Shown: in pieces, positions 38,633 through 49,921 of the stretch
Layout of the letters: the number at the start of each line of letters is the position of its first letter
Position numbering within the stretch: the stretch's first letter is position 1
Assembly: GCA_963761615.1 (NCBI GenBank)
Contig: CAVXGU010000003.1
Span: forward strand, 907,538-971,537
Direction of reading: 5' to 3'
Source of the DNA: an uncultured Acidobacteriota bacterium
GTDB lineage: Bacteria; Acidobacteriota; Vicinamibacteria; Vicinamibacterales; CAVVIG01
Length of the DNA: 64,000 nucleotides
Made by a program: the position numbers and the translations under genes
Notes under the pieces: generated by a model
Told to the model about the DNA's origin: nothing
The model's database searches: none
The model's input: only the letters and a program-made list of their open reading frames with translations

Positions 38633-39781
38633 GTGAGCCTTCCGTCGGAGCTCAAGGTCGTGGCGATCGTCGCCGCGTTCAACGAGGCGGACATCATCGG
38701 CCAGGTCGTGGCCGACCTCATCGAACAGGGCGTCCAGGTCTACGTTCTCGATGACGGCTCCACGGACGGCACCGTCGACGCCGTTCGCCCCTATGAAGGA
38801 CGCGGCCTGCTGGCGATCGAGTCCGTGGCTGGCGGCGCCGGACCGGTCGAGGCACGGCCCTTCGAGTGGGAGCGCATCCTGCAGCGGAAGGCGGAGCTCG
38901 CGAGGAGCCTCGACGCCGACTGGTTCATCCACCACGATGCCGACGAACTGCGGGAGAGCCCATGGGTCGGCATGTCCCTGCTCGATGCCATCACAGCCGT
39001 CGACGCGCTCGGCTTCAACGCCATCGACTTCGCGGGCTTCGATTTCTGGCCCGTCGACGACGACTTCCGGCCCGGCGACGACCTGCGGCGCGCGTTCGCC
39101 TTCTGTTCCGAGCAGGCCGCGTACGACAAGCGGCAAGTCCGCTGCTGGAAGAAAGCGGACGACGTCGATCTGGCCTGGACCGGGGGACACGAGGCGCGGT
39201 TCGCGGGGCGCCAGGTGTTTCCGCTGCGCTTCATCTCGCGGCACTACCCGATCCGCAGCCAGGCGCACGGCCAACGCAAGGTGTTTCGCGAGCGCAAGAG
39301 GCGGTTTCTCGAGGCCGAGCGCGCGAAGGGCTGGCACGTGCAGTACGACGACGTCCGTGAGGGCGACACGTTCATTCGCGACGCCTCGCAGCTCGTGCGG
39401 TTCGATCCTCTGGCGGTCCGACGCGGGCTGATGCTCCGTACCCGTGAAGTCGAAGCCGCGGAGCAGGACCTCGCCGGCGCGAAGTCGGCGCTCGAGGAAA
39501 CGCGCGAGACGCTGCGTCACCGGACGTCCGAGCTGGACGAGCGAACGCGGGATCTGGCCAGCCGCCGCGAGGAGTTGCGCCTCGAGCGGGGCGCCCGCGC
39601 GGCGGCCGGCCAGGAGCTCGCGCGACTGCACGCGCAGCTCGTCGAACGACGGGCCGAGATCGATCGGCTGAATGCGGCGATTGGCGATGCCACTCGACGT
39701 GTCGCCGCGCTGGAGGGCTCGCGGAGCTGGCGCTGGACCGCGCCGGTGCGGGCCGCCTGGCGCCTGCTGGGAGGACGGTGA
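38633..39781 (+). CDS. GT2 glycosyltransferase with C-terminal coiled coil
   Basis: AAFNEAD, LDDGSTDGT and HDADE; heptad-rich tail ending SRSWRWTAPVR. Confidence 0.85.
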   Translation: MSLPSELKVVAIVAAFNEADIIGQVVADLIEQGVQVYVLDDGSTDGTVDAVRPYEGRGLLAIESVAGGAGPVEARPFEWERILQRKAELARSLDADWFIHHDADELRESPWVGMSLLDAITAVDALGFNAIDFAGFDFWPVDDDFRPGDDLRRAFAFCSEQAAYDKRQVRCWKKADDVDLAWTGGHEARFAGRQVFPLRFISRHYPIRSQAHGQRKVFRERKRRFLEAERAKGWHVQYDDVREGDTFIRDASQLVRFDPLAVRRGLMLRTREVEAAEQDLAGAKSALEETRETLRHRTSELDERTRDLASRREELRLERGARAAAGQELARLHAQLVERRAEIDRLNAAIGDATRRVAALEGSRSWRWTAPVRAAWRLLGGR

Positions 39782-40806
39782 CGGTGGACGCCGGGAACGA
39801 CCGGGCGCCGAAGGTGTCCGTCATCGTCACGTGCTTCGACCTCGGCCGCTATCTGGACGAAGCGGTCGACAGCGTGCTCGCCCAGACGCTCCAGGACTTC
39901 GAGATCATCATCGTCGACGACGGATCGACCGAACCCGAAACGCGGGCATTGCTGGACGGGTATCGACGGCCGCGCACGCGGGTCCTGCGGATCGACCATC
40001 GCGGGCTCGCCGCGGCGCGCAATGCGGGGATCGCGCGGGCCCGCGGTGCCTACCTGTGCGCACTCGACGCCGACGACCGCCTGCGGCCTTCGTGCCTCGA
40101 GAAGATGGCGCGGGTGCTGGACGAAGAGCCGTCGGTGGCGTTCGTCTCGTCGTGGCTGCGCGCGTTCGGGACGGAAGAGTGGGACTGGCAGCCCGAGCGC
40201 TGCGACCTGCCGGCGCTCCTCTCCGAGAACACCGTGCTCACCGCGGCGCTGGTGCGCCGGGAGGCCGTCCTGGGCGTGGGCGGGTACGACACGGCGATGC
40301 CCGCCCAGGGGGACGAGGACTGGGATCTCTGGCTCACGCTCGTCGAGCGCGGGCATCAGGGCCGGGTGCTCCGGGAGGTCCTGTTCGACTACCGCCGCCG
40401 GCCCGACTCGATGAGCACGAGGTGCTGGCACGGGCCGGATCACCTGCCGCTGGCCCGCTACCGCCTCTCGAAGCATGCCGATAGCTACCGTGCGCACCTG
40501 CTCGACGTACTGGCCGGCCAGGACGATGAGACCAGCGCGATCCTCCGAGCCAACGACGAGCTCGAACGGCGTCTCTGTTCCGAGCTCGAACCGGCCGCGG
40601 CGGCGCGTCGCGCGCGGCTTCTGGCATTGCGCTCGCAGGCCCGGATCGACGACGCGCGGCGGAATCGAGTCGATGAGCTCGCGTCGGCGCTCGCGTGCGC
40701 CTCCGCCGAGGTTGCTGCGCTGCGGGCGTCGAAGAGCTGGCGCGTGACCGCGCCCTTGCGCGTCGCCTACGGCTGGTGGCTGCGCCAGCGGCAGGGTCCG
40801 AAGTGA
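39778..40806 (+). CDS. GT2 glycosyltransferase with C-terminal coiled coil
   Basis: VSVIVTCFD, VDDGST, LDADD and EDWDLW; tail SKSWRVTAPLR. Confidence 0.9.
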   Translation: MTVDAGNDRAPKVSVIVTCFDLGRYLDEAVDSVLAQTLQDFEIIIVDDGSTEPETRALLDGYRRPRTRVLRIDHRGLAAARNAGIARARGAYLCALDADDRLRPSCLEKMARVLDEEPSVAFVSSWLRAFGTEEWDWQPERCDLPALLSENTVLTAALVRREAVLGVGGYDTAMPAQGDEDWDLWLTLVERGHQGRVLREVLFDYRRRPDSMSTRCWHGPDHLPLARYRLSKHADSYRAHLLDVLAGQDDETSAILRANDELERRLCSELEPAAAARRARLLALRSQARIDDARRNRVDELASALACASAEVAALRASKSWRVTAPLRVAYGWWLRQRQGPK

Positions 40807-43250
40807 CCGGCCGCATCGCCGTCGTCGTGACATGCCGGGATCTCGGTCGGACGCTGTCCGAAGCGCTCGAGAGCGTCGATCGGCAGACCCGGCCGGCCGC
40901 CGAGATCGTGGTCGTCGACGATGCGTCCGACGACCTCTACACTCGGCAGGCGGTCGCTCGTCTGGCACAGGGGGGGACCTGCGTCGTGCGCGGGGACGGG
41001 CGCGGCGCCGCGGCCGCGCGCAATCTCGGAGCACGCGCGACGACCGCCGACTACCTCGTCTGGCTCGATGCCGACGACGTGCTCGATCCCGTGTACTTCG
41101 AACGGGCGGCCGCGCGGCTCGACGCCGATTCGCAGGTGGCGTTCGTTTCTTGCGCGCTGCGCGCGTTCGGCGCGTCGAGCTACGTGTGGAAGCCCTCGGA
41201 GCCCGCGTTCGTTGACGCGGTCTCGACCGGCGGCGTGCCCCACGCGTCGACGATGGTCCGGCGGGACCTGTGGGAGTCGATCGGAGGCTTCGACGAAGGC
41301 CTGGCCTCGTACGAGCTGCTCGACTTCTGGGCGGCCGTCTTCGAGGGCGGCTTTCGCGGAGTCGTGCTGGACGAACCGTTGCTCAACTACCGGGTCCGGC
41401 CGCGCTCGGGGTACCGCCGGTCGATCGAGCCCCGGACCTATCGCGCCCGCCTCGGGCACTTCTACGCCAAACACCGCGAGGCCGTCGAGCGACATGGTCT
41501 GGACCTCATTCTCGGCAAGGAGGCCTTTCTCCTCGAGCAGCGTGAGTACCGGCGGTCGCTCGAGTCGCGCGCCGCTTCACGCGAAGAGGAGATCGCGGCT
41601 CTCGACGGGGAGATCGCGACGCTCTCGCGGGCAGACGGAGCGTCGAAGGTGAGCTGGGGAGACCTCGACGGCGTCGCGCCGATCGACGCGCGGTGGGGCC
41701 GTAGCCGGGGGAAGCCGGTCGACCGCTTCTACATCGAGCGGTTCCTCGATGAGAATCGGAATGCGATCGCCGGCCGCGTGCTCGAAGTCGAAGAGGCCCT
41801 TTATGCGACGCGGTTCGGCGGCGGTCGTGTGGAAAGGTGCGACGTCCTCGATCGGGATCCGGACAACCCCCGCGCGAACGTCGTCGCCGACCTGCGATGC
41901 GCGTCCGCCATCCGTTCCGAAACCTACGACTGCATCATCCTGACGCAGACGCTCCACCTGATCGACGACATGAAGGCCGCCTTGACCGAGGCGCATCGTC
42001 TGCTGCGTCCTGGAGGGGTGCTGCTGGCGACCGCTCCATCGGTCATCAGGGTCGACGACCGGGCGGGCCTCGATGGTGATTTCTGGCGCCTCACGGAGGC
42101 GTCGGCGCGCCGCCTGCTTGCCGACGTGTTTCCGCTCGAGGCCTTCGACGTCCGCACGAGCGGCAACGTGAAGGTGTGCGCCGCATTCCTGTACGGCCTG
42201 TCCGTCGAGGACCTGTCGCCGGAGGATCTGGCCGCCGACGACTCGTCATTCCCTCTCGTCGTCACGATGCGGGCGACCAGGCCGTTGGACGATGCCACGG
42301 TCGTTCGGCAGTTCCCCGGCCGTTCGGAGCGCCGGTCGCACGCCGCGGCGATTCTGGCGTACCATCGCATCGCGTCGCTTCGGCCCGACACGCATGCGCT
42401 CTGCACGCCGCCCGACGTGTTCCGGGAGCACATGGCCCACCTCCGATCGGAGTACGTGCCCATCGGCCTCGAGGATTTGATTCGCGCGGCGGCCGCCGGC
42501 GCGGTGCCCGAGCGGGCCGTCGCCGTCACGCTGGACGACGGCTACCTGGACGCGTTGACGGCTGCCTCGCCCATCCTCGACGAGCTGGGGATACCCGCGA
42601 CGTTCTTCGTCAACTCGGATCGCCTCGATCTCCCGCACGAACGCCCGTGGGACGTCCTCGAGGGCATCTTCCTGTCCGACGCGCCGGTTCCTTCGCAGCT
42701 CGTGCTCGAGGATCACGGCGTGTCACGATCGTTTGCGACCGGAACCGCACGCGAGCGTGCCGCCGCGCTCGAGAACGTGAACGGGTTGATGTGGGCCCTG
42801 GGTGCATGCGCGAGGCAGCGCCTCGTGGATCGGATCTGCGCGTGGAGCGGTCGCGGCGACCTCCCTCGCGAGAGCCATCGCGTCCTGACCGGCGACGAAA
42901 TCCGTCTGCTCGCGGATCGTCCGCAGCACGCGATCGGCGCGCACACGACCCACCATCTGGCGCTGACGACGCAGGACGCCGAGACCAGACGAAGAGAGGT
43001 GGCAGACGACAAACAGGCGCTGGAAGGCTTGCTGGGTCGGACAGTCCGGTGTTTTGCCTATCCGTACGGAGAGGTCGATGCCGGCCTGGCCGCCGCGGTC
43101 GGCCAGGCCGGATTCCTTGCGGCCCTGACGGTCGACGCGGGTCTCGTGACGGCCGGCGTCAACCGCCTGCGCGTGCCGCGGTGGGAGATTGCGCCGCACG
43201 ACCGGCGGAGCTTTGCGGAGCGGATGCGCGAGATGTTCGCAGCGCGCTGA
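40803..43250 (+). CDS. Fusion of GT2, coiled coil, SAM methyltransferase and CE4 polysaccharide deacetylase
   Basis: GTG 40803; VDDASDD/LDADD; YDCIILTQTLH..LRPGGVLLAT; TLDDGY, HTTHH and FAYPYG. Confidence 0.87.
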   Translation: MTGRIAVVVTCRDLGRTLSEALESVDRQTRPAAEIVVVDDASDDLYTRQAVARLAQGGTCVVRGDGRGAAAARNLGARATTADYLVWLDADDVLDPVYFERAAARLDADSQVAFVSCALRAFGASSYVWKPSEPAFVDAVSTGGVPHASTMVRRDLWESIGGFDEGLASYELLDFWAAVFEGGFRGVVLDEPLLNYRVRPRSGYRRSIEPRTYRARLGHFYAKHREAVERHGLDLILGKEAFLLEQREYRRSLESRAASREEEIAALDGEIATLSRADGASKVSWGDLDGVAPIDARWGRSRGKPVDRFYIERFLDENRNAIAGRVLEVEEALYATRFGGGRVERCDVLDRDPDNPRANVVADLRCASAIRSETYDCIILTQTLHLIDDMKAALTEAHRLLRPGGVLLATAPSVIRVDDRAGLDGDFWRLTEASARRLLADVFPLEAFDVRTSGNVKVCAAFLYGLSVEDLSPEDLAADDSSFPLVVTMRATRPLDDATVVRQFPGRSERRSHAAAILAYHRIASLRPDTHALCTPPDVFREHMAHLRSEYVPIGLEDLIRAAAAGAVPERAVAVTLDDGYLDALTAASPILDELGIPATFFVNSDRLDLPHERPWDVLEGIFLSDAPVPSQLVLEDHGVSRSFATGTARERAAALENVNGLMWALGACARQRLVDRICAWSGRGDLPRESHRVLTGDEIRLLADRPQHAIGAHTTHHLALTTQDAETRRREVADDKQALEGLLGRTVRCFAYPYGEVDAGLAAAVGQAGFLAALTVDAGLVTAGVNRLRVPRWEIAPHDRRSFAERMREMFAAR

Positions 43251-45655
43251 GGAGGGCTTCGCGAAACGCCGCCCGGCTGTACTCACGCGTCACACGGGCG
43301 AGCGCGCCTTCCCGCACCCGTCGCCAGAGCACGTCGTCGTCGAACAATCGCTCGATCGCCCGGGCGAATTCCTCCGGACGATCCGCGACGAGCAGGTCCG
43401 TTCCCGGCTCCCACCTCAGTTGTCCGGCAATGAGGGGCGTCGCGACCACGGGCACACCGCGCGCGGCGGCCTCGATGACTTTCAGCGAGATGCCGGCCGC
43501 ATAGCGCGTCGGTGCGACGAAGACGCGTGCCGCCTCGTAGAGGGGCGTCGAGATCGTCGACGTCGGGCAGCCACGAGACGTGCGGCGCCCGGAGCGACCG
43601 CACGGCCTCGGGAAGCCCCGCCCCCGCGACGACGACGCGCGCGTTGCGAGCGGGCCCGCCTGCCAGTTCCGGAACGATGTCTCCGCAGAAGAAGCGCAGC
43701 GCGTCCAGATTCGGCGAGCCGGGACCGAAGGCGCCGAGGAAAAGGACGGCCGGCCGCGCCGGCCGCGCCGCCCCGGTCGGCGCGGCATCGACGCCGTGCC
43801 CCACGATGCAGACGTGCGGAAGTCCCGCGGCGACGAACCTGTCCCGGTCGGACTCGCTGACGGCGAGAACCGCAGACGCGCCGCGCGCCAGCGCCAGTTC
43901 CTGTTCGATGAGCTGTCTCGCCTCGATCTCCGTCATCGGATCGCCTGCAAGGCGGCGCTCGCCGATGTCCCGCTCGGCGAAGATGGCCTCGGCGTCGTAG
44001 ATGCACGGCACGGGCAGGCGGGACGGGTCCCCTCCGATGGCGGACTGGAGATACCGCATGTTGTGAGGGCGACTGACGACGACGAGTGGCCCCTGACGAT
44101 CGGCGGAGAGGCGGGACGAAAGGAAGCCGGCCAGTCCGGTCGGGTCCCCGGCCACGATCTCGATACGGGCGAGCGGTGCGGCGGGCGCCCTCGGCGCCTG
44201 CGGGCTGGTCGCGTAGATCGTGACCTCGTAGCCCAGATCTTCGAGCGTCCGGACGAGCGCGGCCGCACGGGGGAATCCGGCGCCGATCCGGGGATCCGGC
44301 GCGCGATCGTCCACGACGAGCACCGACGGCCGGCCGTGCGGATGCGAGCGGGCCGACAGCACGCCGGCGCTCCGCACCCGCTGCCCCTCGAGCCACGAGG
44401 CGTGGCGGGCGACGAAGATCGGGCGTCGCTCGATCTGCATACGGATGCCATCGCCGCGCGACGCCGCGCTGCCGAACTCATGGTGCACCGCCGTCGCCCG
44501 CGGCTGGTACACGACGGGGCGGCCGGTTGACCACAGGCGGACGCAGTAGTCCGCGTCCTCGTAGTAGGCCGGTCGATAGCGTTCGTCGAATCCCCCGAGC
44601 TCCTCGAACGTCGCGCGGGGCGTCAGGAGCAGTGCCGCCGAGCAGAAGTCGACCGGCCGTTCGAAGCAATACTCCGGCGAGGCGGGATTGTCGCCCCGGC
44701 CGTAGGCGTCGCACGACCCGTCCGCCCAGATGATGCCGCCGGCCTCCTGCAGCCGACCATCCGGAAAGACGAGCTTGCCGCCGACGGCTCCCGGCGAGGC
44801 GGTCCCGGGGCGGCGGGCGGTGTCGAGCAGGTGGCGGATCGCTCCAGGTGTCGGCTCCGCGTCGCTGTTCACGAAGAGGAGGTACTCGCCCGTCGCGGCG
44901 CGCGCGCCGGCGTTCGCCGCGACGGTGAAACCGAGGTTCTCGCCGTGCCTGACGATGTGCGCGCCGTCGAGTCGATCGAGCAGCGCGGCCGTGTCGTCGG
45001 TGGACGCGTTGTCGACGACGATGAGTTCGAGGGCGACGTCCTGCTGGGCCGCGAGCGCCTGGAGGCAGCGCAGCACGAGCTCGGCCCGGTTCCACGTGAC
45101 GACGATCGCCGACACGCCGGGATTCGGAATGCCGGGAAAGGTGAGCCGGGCCCCGGACGTCAGGAAGGCGGCGAGCGCGCGCCGGGGCGCCTCCACGGCG
45201 TCCCGGGCGGCCGCCCTCGCCCGGGTCCGCTCCGCGCGCTGCTTCGCCACCGACTGCAGCGCGGCGCTGACGGCACGACGAAGCCGCACGAGCCGGGAAG
45301 GCGCTCGCAGGCGCCGCCTGAACAGCCGGACCGTCCGCCCGTCGTCCAGGGCGGCCGAGATGACGAGGTCGACTCTGCCTTCCGCGTCGTCGCCGAGTTG
45401 AAGGTACCCGGTGAACCCCGAATGGCGTGCCTGCGGCTCATTGCGGTAGGCCTCGGCGACATCGTCCCGCCGGAGGCGGTGGGCGAGCGGATGACGCCGG
45501 CCGCCGGCGTCGGCCCACATCTCGACGATGGGGCGGCCGGTCGCGAAGGCCCAGCCGCAAACGATCAGCCGTTTCGCGGCGGGGTCCCGCGCTGCGGGGA
45601 TCTCGAGCCAGCCGACGATGCCCGGCGCAACCGCGTGGCTCCTGACGCCCGCCAC
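43159..45655 (-). pseudogene. GT2-GT4 bifunctional glycosyltransferase, frameshifted as assembled (+1 near 43549)
   Basis: GT2 (VDNASTD, FVNSD, YYEDADYC) plus GT-B domain; C-terminus TPLYEAARVFVAP..KVIEAAARGVPVVAT continues in another frame. Confidence 0.83.
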
Positions 45656-45664
45656 GTGTCCGGC

Positions 45665-46429
45665 TCAGCCCCGGATCGGCACGGGTTCCCCCGCGGCCGT
45701 GAGCGTGGCGACGTAGCGCTCCGAGACCTCCCGGGCGGACCCGTCCAGCACGATCCGGCCGGCGTCGATGAGGAGCGCCCGGTCGCAGAAGGTGGCGACG
45801 ATGCGCGGGTCGTGGCTGACGATCACCACTGTGTGATTAGCCGCGCGCAGTTCCTGATACCGTTTTTCGCAGCGGGCCTTGAAGCCCGCGTCACCGACGG
45901 CGAAGATCTCGTCGAGGATGAGCACGTCGCGCACCGCCTTGAACGCGACGGCGTATCCCAGGCGCTCGGACATGCCGCTCGAGTAGTGCTTGAGCGGCAT
46001 CTTCGCGAACGGCTCGAGCTCGGCGAATGCCAGGATCTCGTCCAGGCTGCGCCTGATCTCCCGCAAGGGCAGCCCCATCACCGAGCCGACGAGCAGGACG
46101 TTGTCGATCGCGTCGAGCTCCACGTTCCAGCCGACGCCCAGCTCCAGGATCGAGGTGATCGCGCCGTTGGTGCGGACCCGGCCGCGATCGGGCACGTAGA
46201 CGCCGCACATGATCTTGAGCAGCGTGCTCTTGCCGCTGCCGTTGCGGCCCATGATGCCCAGCGCCTCGCCCGGCTGCACCTGAAGGCTGACGCCGTCGAG
46301 CACCTGGAGCCGCTGGAACTGGCGGGGCTTGAGGAGGCCGAGCAGGTGCTCGCGGACGGTCTCCCGCCGCACGCTGGGAATCCAGAAGCCCTTGGAGACG
46401 GAGTCGACGTCGATGACGGGCGGCGCCAT
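45665..46429 (-). CDS. wzt: Polysaccharide ABC exporter ATPase Wzt (short, no C-terminal carbohydrate-binding domain)
   Basis: Start ATG 46429; GRNGSGKST, YSSGM and ILDEIFAVGDAGF; 254 aa. Confidence 0.92.
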   Translation of the reverse strand: MAPPVIDVDSVSKGFWIPSVRRETVREHLLGLLKPRQFQRLQVLDGVSLQVQPGEALGIMGRNGSGKSTLLKIMCGVYVPDRGRVRTNGAITSILELGVGWNVELDAIDNVLLVGSVMGLPLREIRRSLDEILAFAELEPFAKMPLKHYSSGMSERLGYAVAFKAVRDVLILDEIFAVGDAGFKARCEKRYQELRAANHTVVIVSHDPRIVATFCDRALLIDAGRIVLDGSAREVSERYVATLTAAGEPVPIRG

Positions 46430-47184
46430 CAGAGGTACTCGGCGGCCCTGGCGCCGAGCCAGCGGAAGATGAGCACGCCCGCCGCGAGGCACACGCCTGC
46501 ATCCGCGGCGAGGTCGAGATGCCCGCGCGTGGTGGGCATCACGCCCTGGACGAGCGCCATCCGCGAGAACGTCACGATCGGCGTCGGGGGCCAGATGTAC
46601 AGGTAGAAGTGGAACCGCTCCGGCAGGATGTTCAGCGGGTAGATGATCGGGGCGACGAAGAATCCGGCCTGCAGCACGACCTCCCAGATCTGATTGAGGT
46701 CGCGATACCGCAGGAAGAGCACGCTCGCCGCGAGCGAGAAGCCGATCACCATGGCGCCGAGCGCGAGACAGTAGCCGCCGTAGGCGGCGAGCGCCGCCAG
46801 CGTCGGCGGGTGTCCGGCGACCGTCAGGAAGACGAGCATCACGGCCGAGAACACCAGCAGCGTGATGACCGCGTTCGAGATCGAGGTGACGACGAGGATC
46901 CACGGCGCGACGCGCGACTTGGTCAGCAGATAGCCGCGGGCCGCGAGCGACATGAGGCCGCTCTTGGTGCCCTCGGCGAAGAAGTCCCAGAGGAAGAGGC
47001 CGATGATGAGGTTGAGCTTGTAGGTGGGATCCGCGGCGAAGAGGAAGGAGAAGACGCCCATCAGCACCAGGAACATGCTGAGCGGCTTGAGCAGCGCCCA
47101 GACGAATCCGCCGACGGTGCCGTGGTACCGCGCCTTGAAGTCCGTTCGGACCAGCGTCCAGATCAGCCCGGGAGACGCGGTCAT
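46429..47184 (-). CDS. wzm: Polysaccharide ABC exporter permease Wzm
   Basis: DFKARYHGTVGGFVWALLKPL, YRDL and FFVAPIIYP. Confidence 0.92.
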   Translation of the reverse strand: MTASPGLIWTLVRTDFKARYHGTVGGFVWALLKPLSMFLVLMGVFSFLFAADPTYKLNLIIGLFLWDFFAEGTKSGLMSLAARGYLLTKSRVAPWILVVTSISNAVITLLVFSAVMLVFLTVAGHPPTLAALAAYGGYCLALGAMVIGFSLAASVLFLRYRDLNQIWEVVLQAGFFVAPIIYPLNILPERFHFYLYIWPPTPIVTFSRMALVQGVMPTTRGHLDLAADAGVCLAAGVLIFRWLGARAAEYL

Positions 47185-48659
47185 GAAGCGGGCTCGACGT
47201 TGGCCAGTATGGCGAGGGAGCGGCGGACGGGTTGGCTGGTCGGATCCAGCGCGAGCGCCTGCCGCAGCGTGCGCTTCGCTTCGTCGATGCGCCCCATGCC
47301 TGCCAGGCAGAGCCCGAGCTTGACGTAGCCGGTCGCGTCATCCGGACGGAGGCGAATGGCCGTCCGGTACTGGGCGACGGCTTCCTCGCGCCGGCCGGCA
47401 TCTTCGAGCGCCTCTCCCAGGAGCAGGCGCGGACGGTTGTGATCCGGCGCGAGATCGACGGACTCCTGCCAGAGCGCCACCGGACTCGACCACACGGCGT
47501 TCCGCACGGTCGTCTGGACCATGAGGGCGAACAGGCCGATCCCGAAGGCGATGGCTGCCGCCCACTGCAGGGCGGGACGCCGCGTGCGGATCGCCTCGCC
47601 CAGCCAGGCGATGCCGATCCCGGCGGCGAGGAAGAGCCCGAGGCTCGCGATGTATACCCGATGCTCGGCCATCGGCTCGCCCTGGTTGAATACGGCGAGG
47701 GTCGCCGAGGGCGCGAGCATCAGCAGGAACCAGGCGAGCCCGAAGCTCGCGGCACCCTGACGGCGGGCGAGCGCCCGGACCATCCAGACGAGCAGGGCGG
47801 CCGTGCCGACCGCCGCGAGTGCCCGTCCACCCACCCAGGCGACGGGGACGACTTCGTGGAAGATCGTCTGGCCGGCGGGGTGGATCATGAGCCACAGGTA
47901 CCGGCGCAGCACGTCGAGTTCGAGCAGGACGTAGCTCGGGTGGAAGGACACCTGTCCCGGGTACTCGACGCCGAGGAGCCACAGACGCCCGAGGCCCGCC
48001 AGTGTCGCCACGGCGGCCATCGGCAGATAGAGGCGCACGGTCCGTCGCCGCTTGTCGGATGCCGGAGACTCGACGGCCAGCCAGTCGAGGGCGGCCAGCG
48101 CGAACGGAAACATCGCCGCGGTCTCCTTGGCGGTCAACGCCGCGATCCAGCAGGCGGCCGTTGCGGCCATCCACCGGCGTGCACCGCCGCGCATCCATCG
48201 AAGGCCCGACAGGATCCCGGCGAGCATCAGCGACGCGCAGAGGACCTCGGACCGCCCGCTGATGTATCCGACGGCCTCGGTCATCATCGGGTGCACGGCG
48301 AGCAGGGCGGACGCGGAGAAGGCCGCGAGCGGCGCCGCCGGGGACGGGACGAGCCGCCGCACGACCATGAAGAGGAGCACCACGTTCAGCACGTGCAGCA
48401 GCACGCTCGTCACGTGGAAGCCGACCGGCCGCGTGCCCCAGACCGCCCGATCCCACGCGTACGAGATGTTGACGAGCGGCCGGGTCACGTCGTGCAGGAC
48501 GATGCCGCGCAGATCCCCGGGCGTCCGCAGCGAGGCGTTGGCCACGACCGTGTGATAGTCGTCGTACACGAACGGGTTGTGCAGCGCATTTGCGTACACC
48601 AGCGCCGCGAGCAGGGCGGCGGCGCCGCAGGGGACGATCGCTCGGTGAGCGGCAGACAT
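47181..48659 (-). CDS. TMTC-like GT-C fold membrane glycosyltransferase with C-terminal TPRs
   Basis: NPFVYDD, RPL, FHVTSVLLHVLN, AVHPMMTEAVGYISGRSE, KETA, EHRVY and RNAVW, followed by TPR repeats. Confidence 0.85.
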   Translation of the reverse strand: MSAAHRAIVPCGAAALLAALVYANALHNPFVYDDYHTVVANASLRTPGDLRGIVLHDVTRPLVNISYAWDRAVWGTRPVGFHVTSVLLHVLNVVLLFMVVRRLVPSPAAPLAAFSASALLAVHPMMTEAVGYISGRSEVLCASLMLAGILSGLRWMRGGARRWMAATAACWIAALTAKETAAMFPFALAALDWLAVESPASDKRRRTVRLYLPMAAVATLAGLGRLWLLGVEYPGQVSFHPSYVLLELDVLRRYLWLMIHPAGQTIFHEVVPVAWVGGRALAAVGTAALLVWMVRALARRQGAASFGLAWFLLMLAPSATLAVFNQGEPMAEHRVYIASLGLFLAAGIGIAWLGEAIRTRRPALQWAAAIAFGIGLFALMVQTTVRNAVWSSPVALWQESVDLAPDHNRPRLLLGEALEDAGRREEAVAQYRTAIRLRPDDATGYVKLGLCLAGMGRIDEAKRTLRQALALDPTSQPVRRSLAILANVEPAS

Positions 48660-48732
48660 CAGACGGTCGGGGCGTTGTAATGTATGACGGATCGGTCTCC
48701 GTCGATTACAGGACTGTTATTGTAGGGCAGCG

Positions 48733-49912
48733 GTGCGAATCCTCCACGTGACGCCCTATTGCGGCGAGGCCTGGGCGTACGGCGGTATTCCACGACTCGT
48801 GGAGAGCCTCACGCGACACCTCGCGCGCCGCGGCCATCAGGTCACGGTCTGCACGACCGATGCCTGCGATGGAACGCACCGGCTGTCGTCAGGCGTCCGC
48901 GTTCACGCCGCGGACGGCGTCGAAACGCGCGTTTTTCCGAATCTCTCGAATCGCCTGGCCTACCATTTGCAGTTTTTCCTCCCGCGCGGCCTGTGGTCGT
49001 ACCTGCGCGGCGCTGCGCGTGAGTTCGATGTCGCGCACCTGCACGCCTGTCGGAACGTGCCGGGCGCCATCGCCGCCCATCATCTGCGGCGGGCGGGTGT
49101 GCCGTACCGTACTCGCGCCCAACGGCACGGCGCCGCGGATCGAGCGGCGCCTGATCGCCAAGCGTGTATTCGATCTCGTGGCGGGGCAGCGCGTGCTGGA
49201 CGGCGCCGCGCGGGTGCTGGCCGTATCCCGGGCCGAGGACCGCCAACTGCGCGCGATGGGCATTCCACCGGCGTCCATCCGGGTGATTCCCAACGCGGTG
49301 GACCTCGAGGAGTGCGTGTCGCCGCCGGCCTCCGGCGGCTTTCGAGCGCGGTGGGGCATCGACTCGGAGCCGCTCGTGGTCTTCCTCGGCAAGCTCACTC
49401 CCCGCAAGCGCCTCGACGTGGTCGTCCGGGCGATCGACCGTCTTGGCCGGCGGGAGACGCGTCTCGTGATCGCTGGCAACGACATGGGCTCGCTCGGTCC
49501 GACGCGCGCGCTGGTCCACGCGCTCGGTCTCGACGCGCGCGTGACATTCGCCGGGCTGCTGCGGGGTCGCGAGCGTCTGGAAGCCCTCGCAGACGCCGAC
49601 GTGGTCGTCTATCCTTCCGAGCACGAAGTCTTCGGCCTGGTCCCGCTCGAAGCGCTGCTCGCCGGCACGCCCGTGATTGTCGCGGGCGACTCGGGATGCG
49701 GAGAGATCGTTGGCGCCGTGCCGGGAGGGCAGGTGGTGCCGGTCGGGGAGGTCGACGCGCTCGCGCGCGCCATCGAGACGGTGCTCGAGGCGCCCGGGCG
49801 ATGGCGGGAAGACGCTGCGGCGTCCCGGACGCCGATCCGCTCGGCGTACGGCGCCGAGGTCGTCTGCGAGCAGGTCGAACGCATGTACCGAGAAATGGCG
49901 GCAGACGCGTGA
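48733..49912 (+). pseudogene. GT4 glycosyltransferase, frameshifted as assembled (extra C at 49107-49108)
   Basis: MRILHVTPY..YGGI in one frame; VLAPNGT...EVFGLVPLEALLAGTPVI in the next. Confidence 0.85.
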
Positions 49913-49921
49913 TCGACGCGC

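Noticed and set aside
43159-43250. ~90-bp convergent overlap of two GT genes
   Set aside because: The overlapping tail is low-complexity read-through, common in GC-rich genomes
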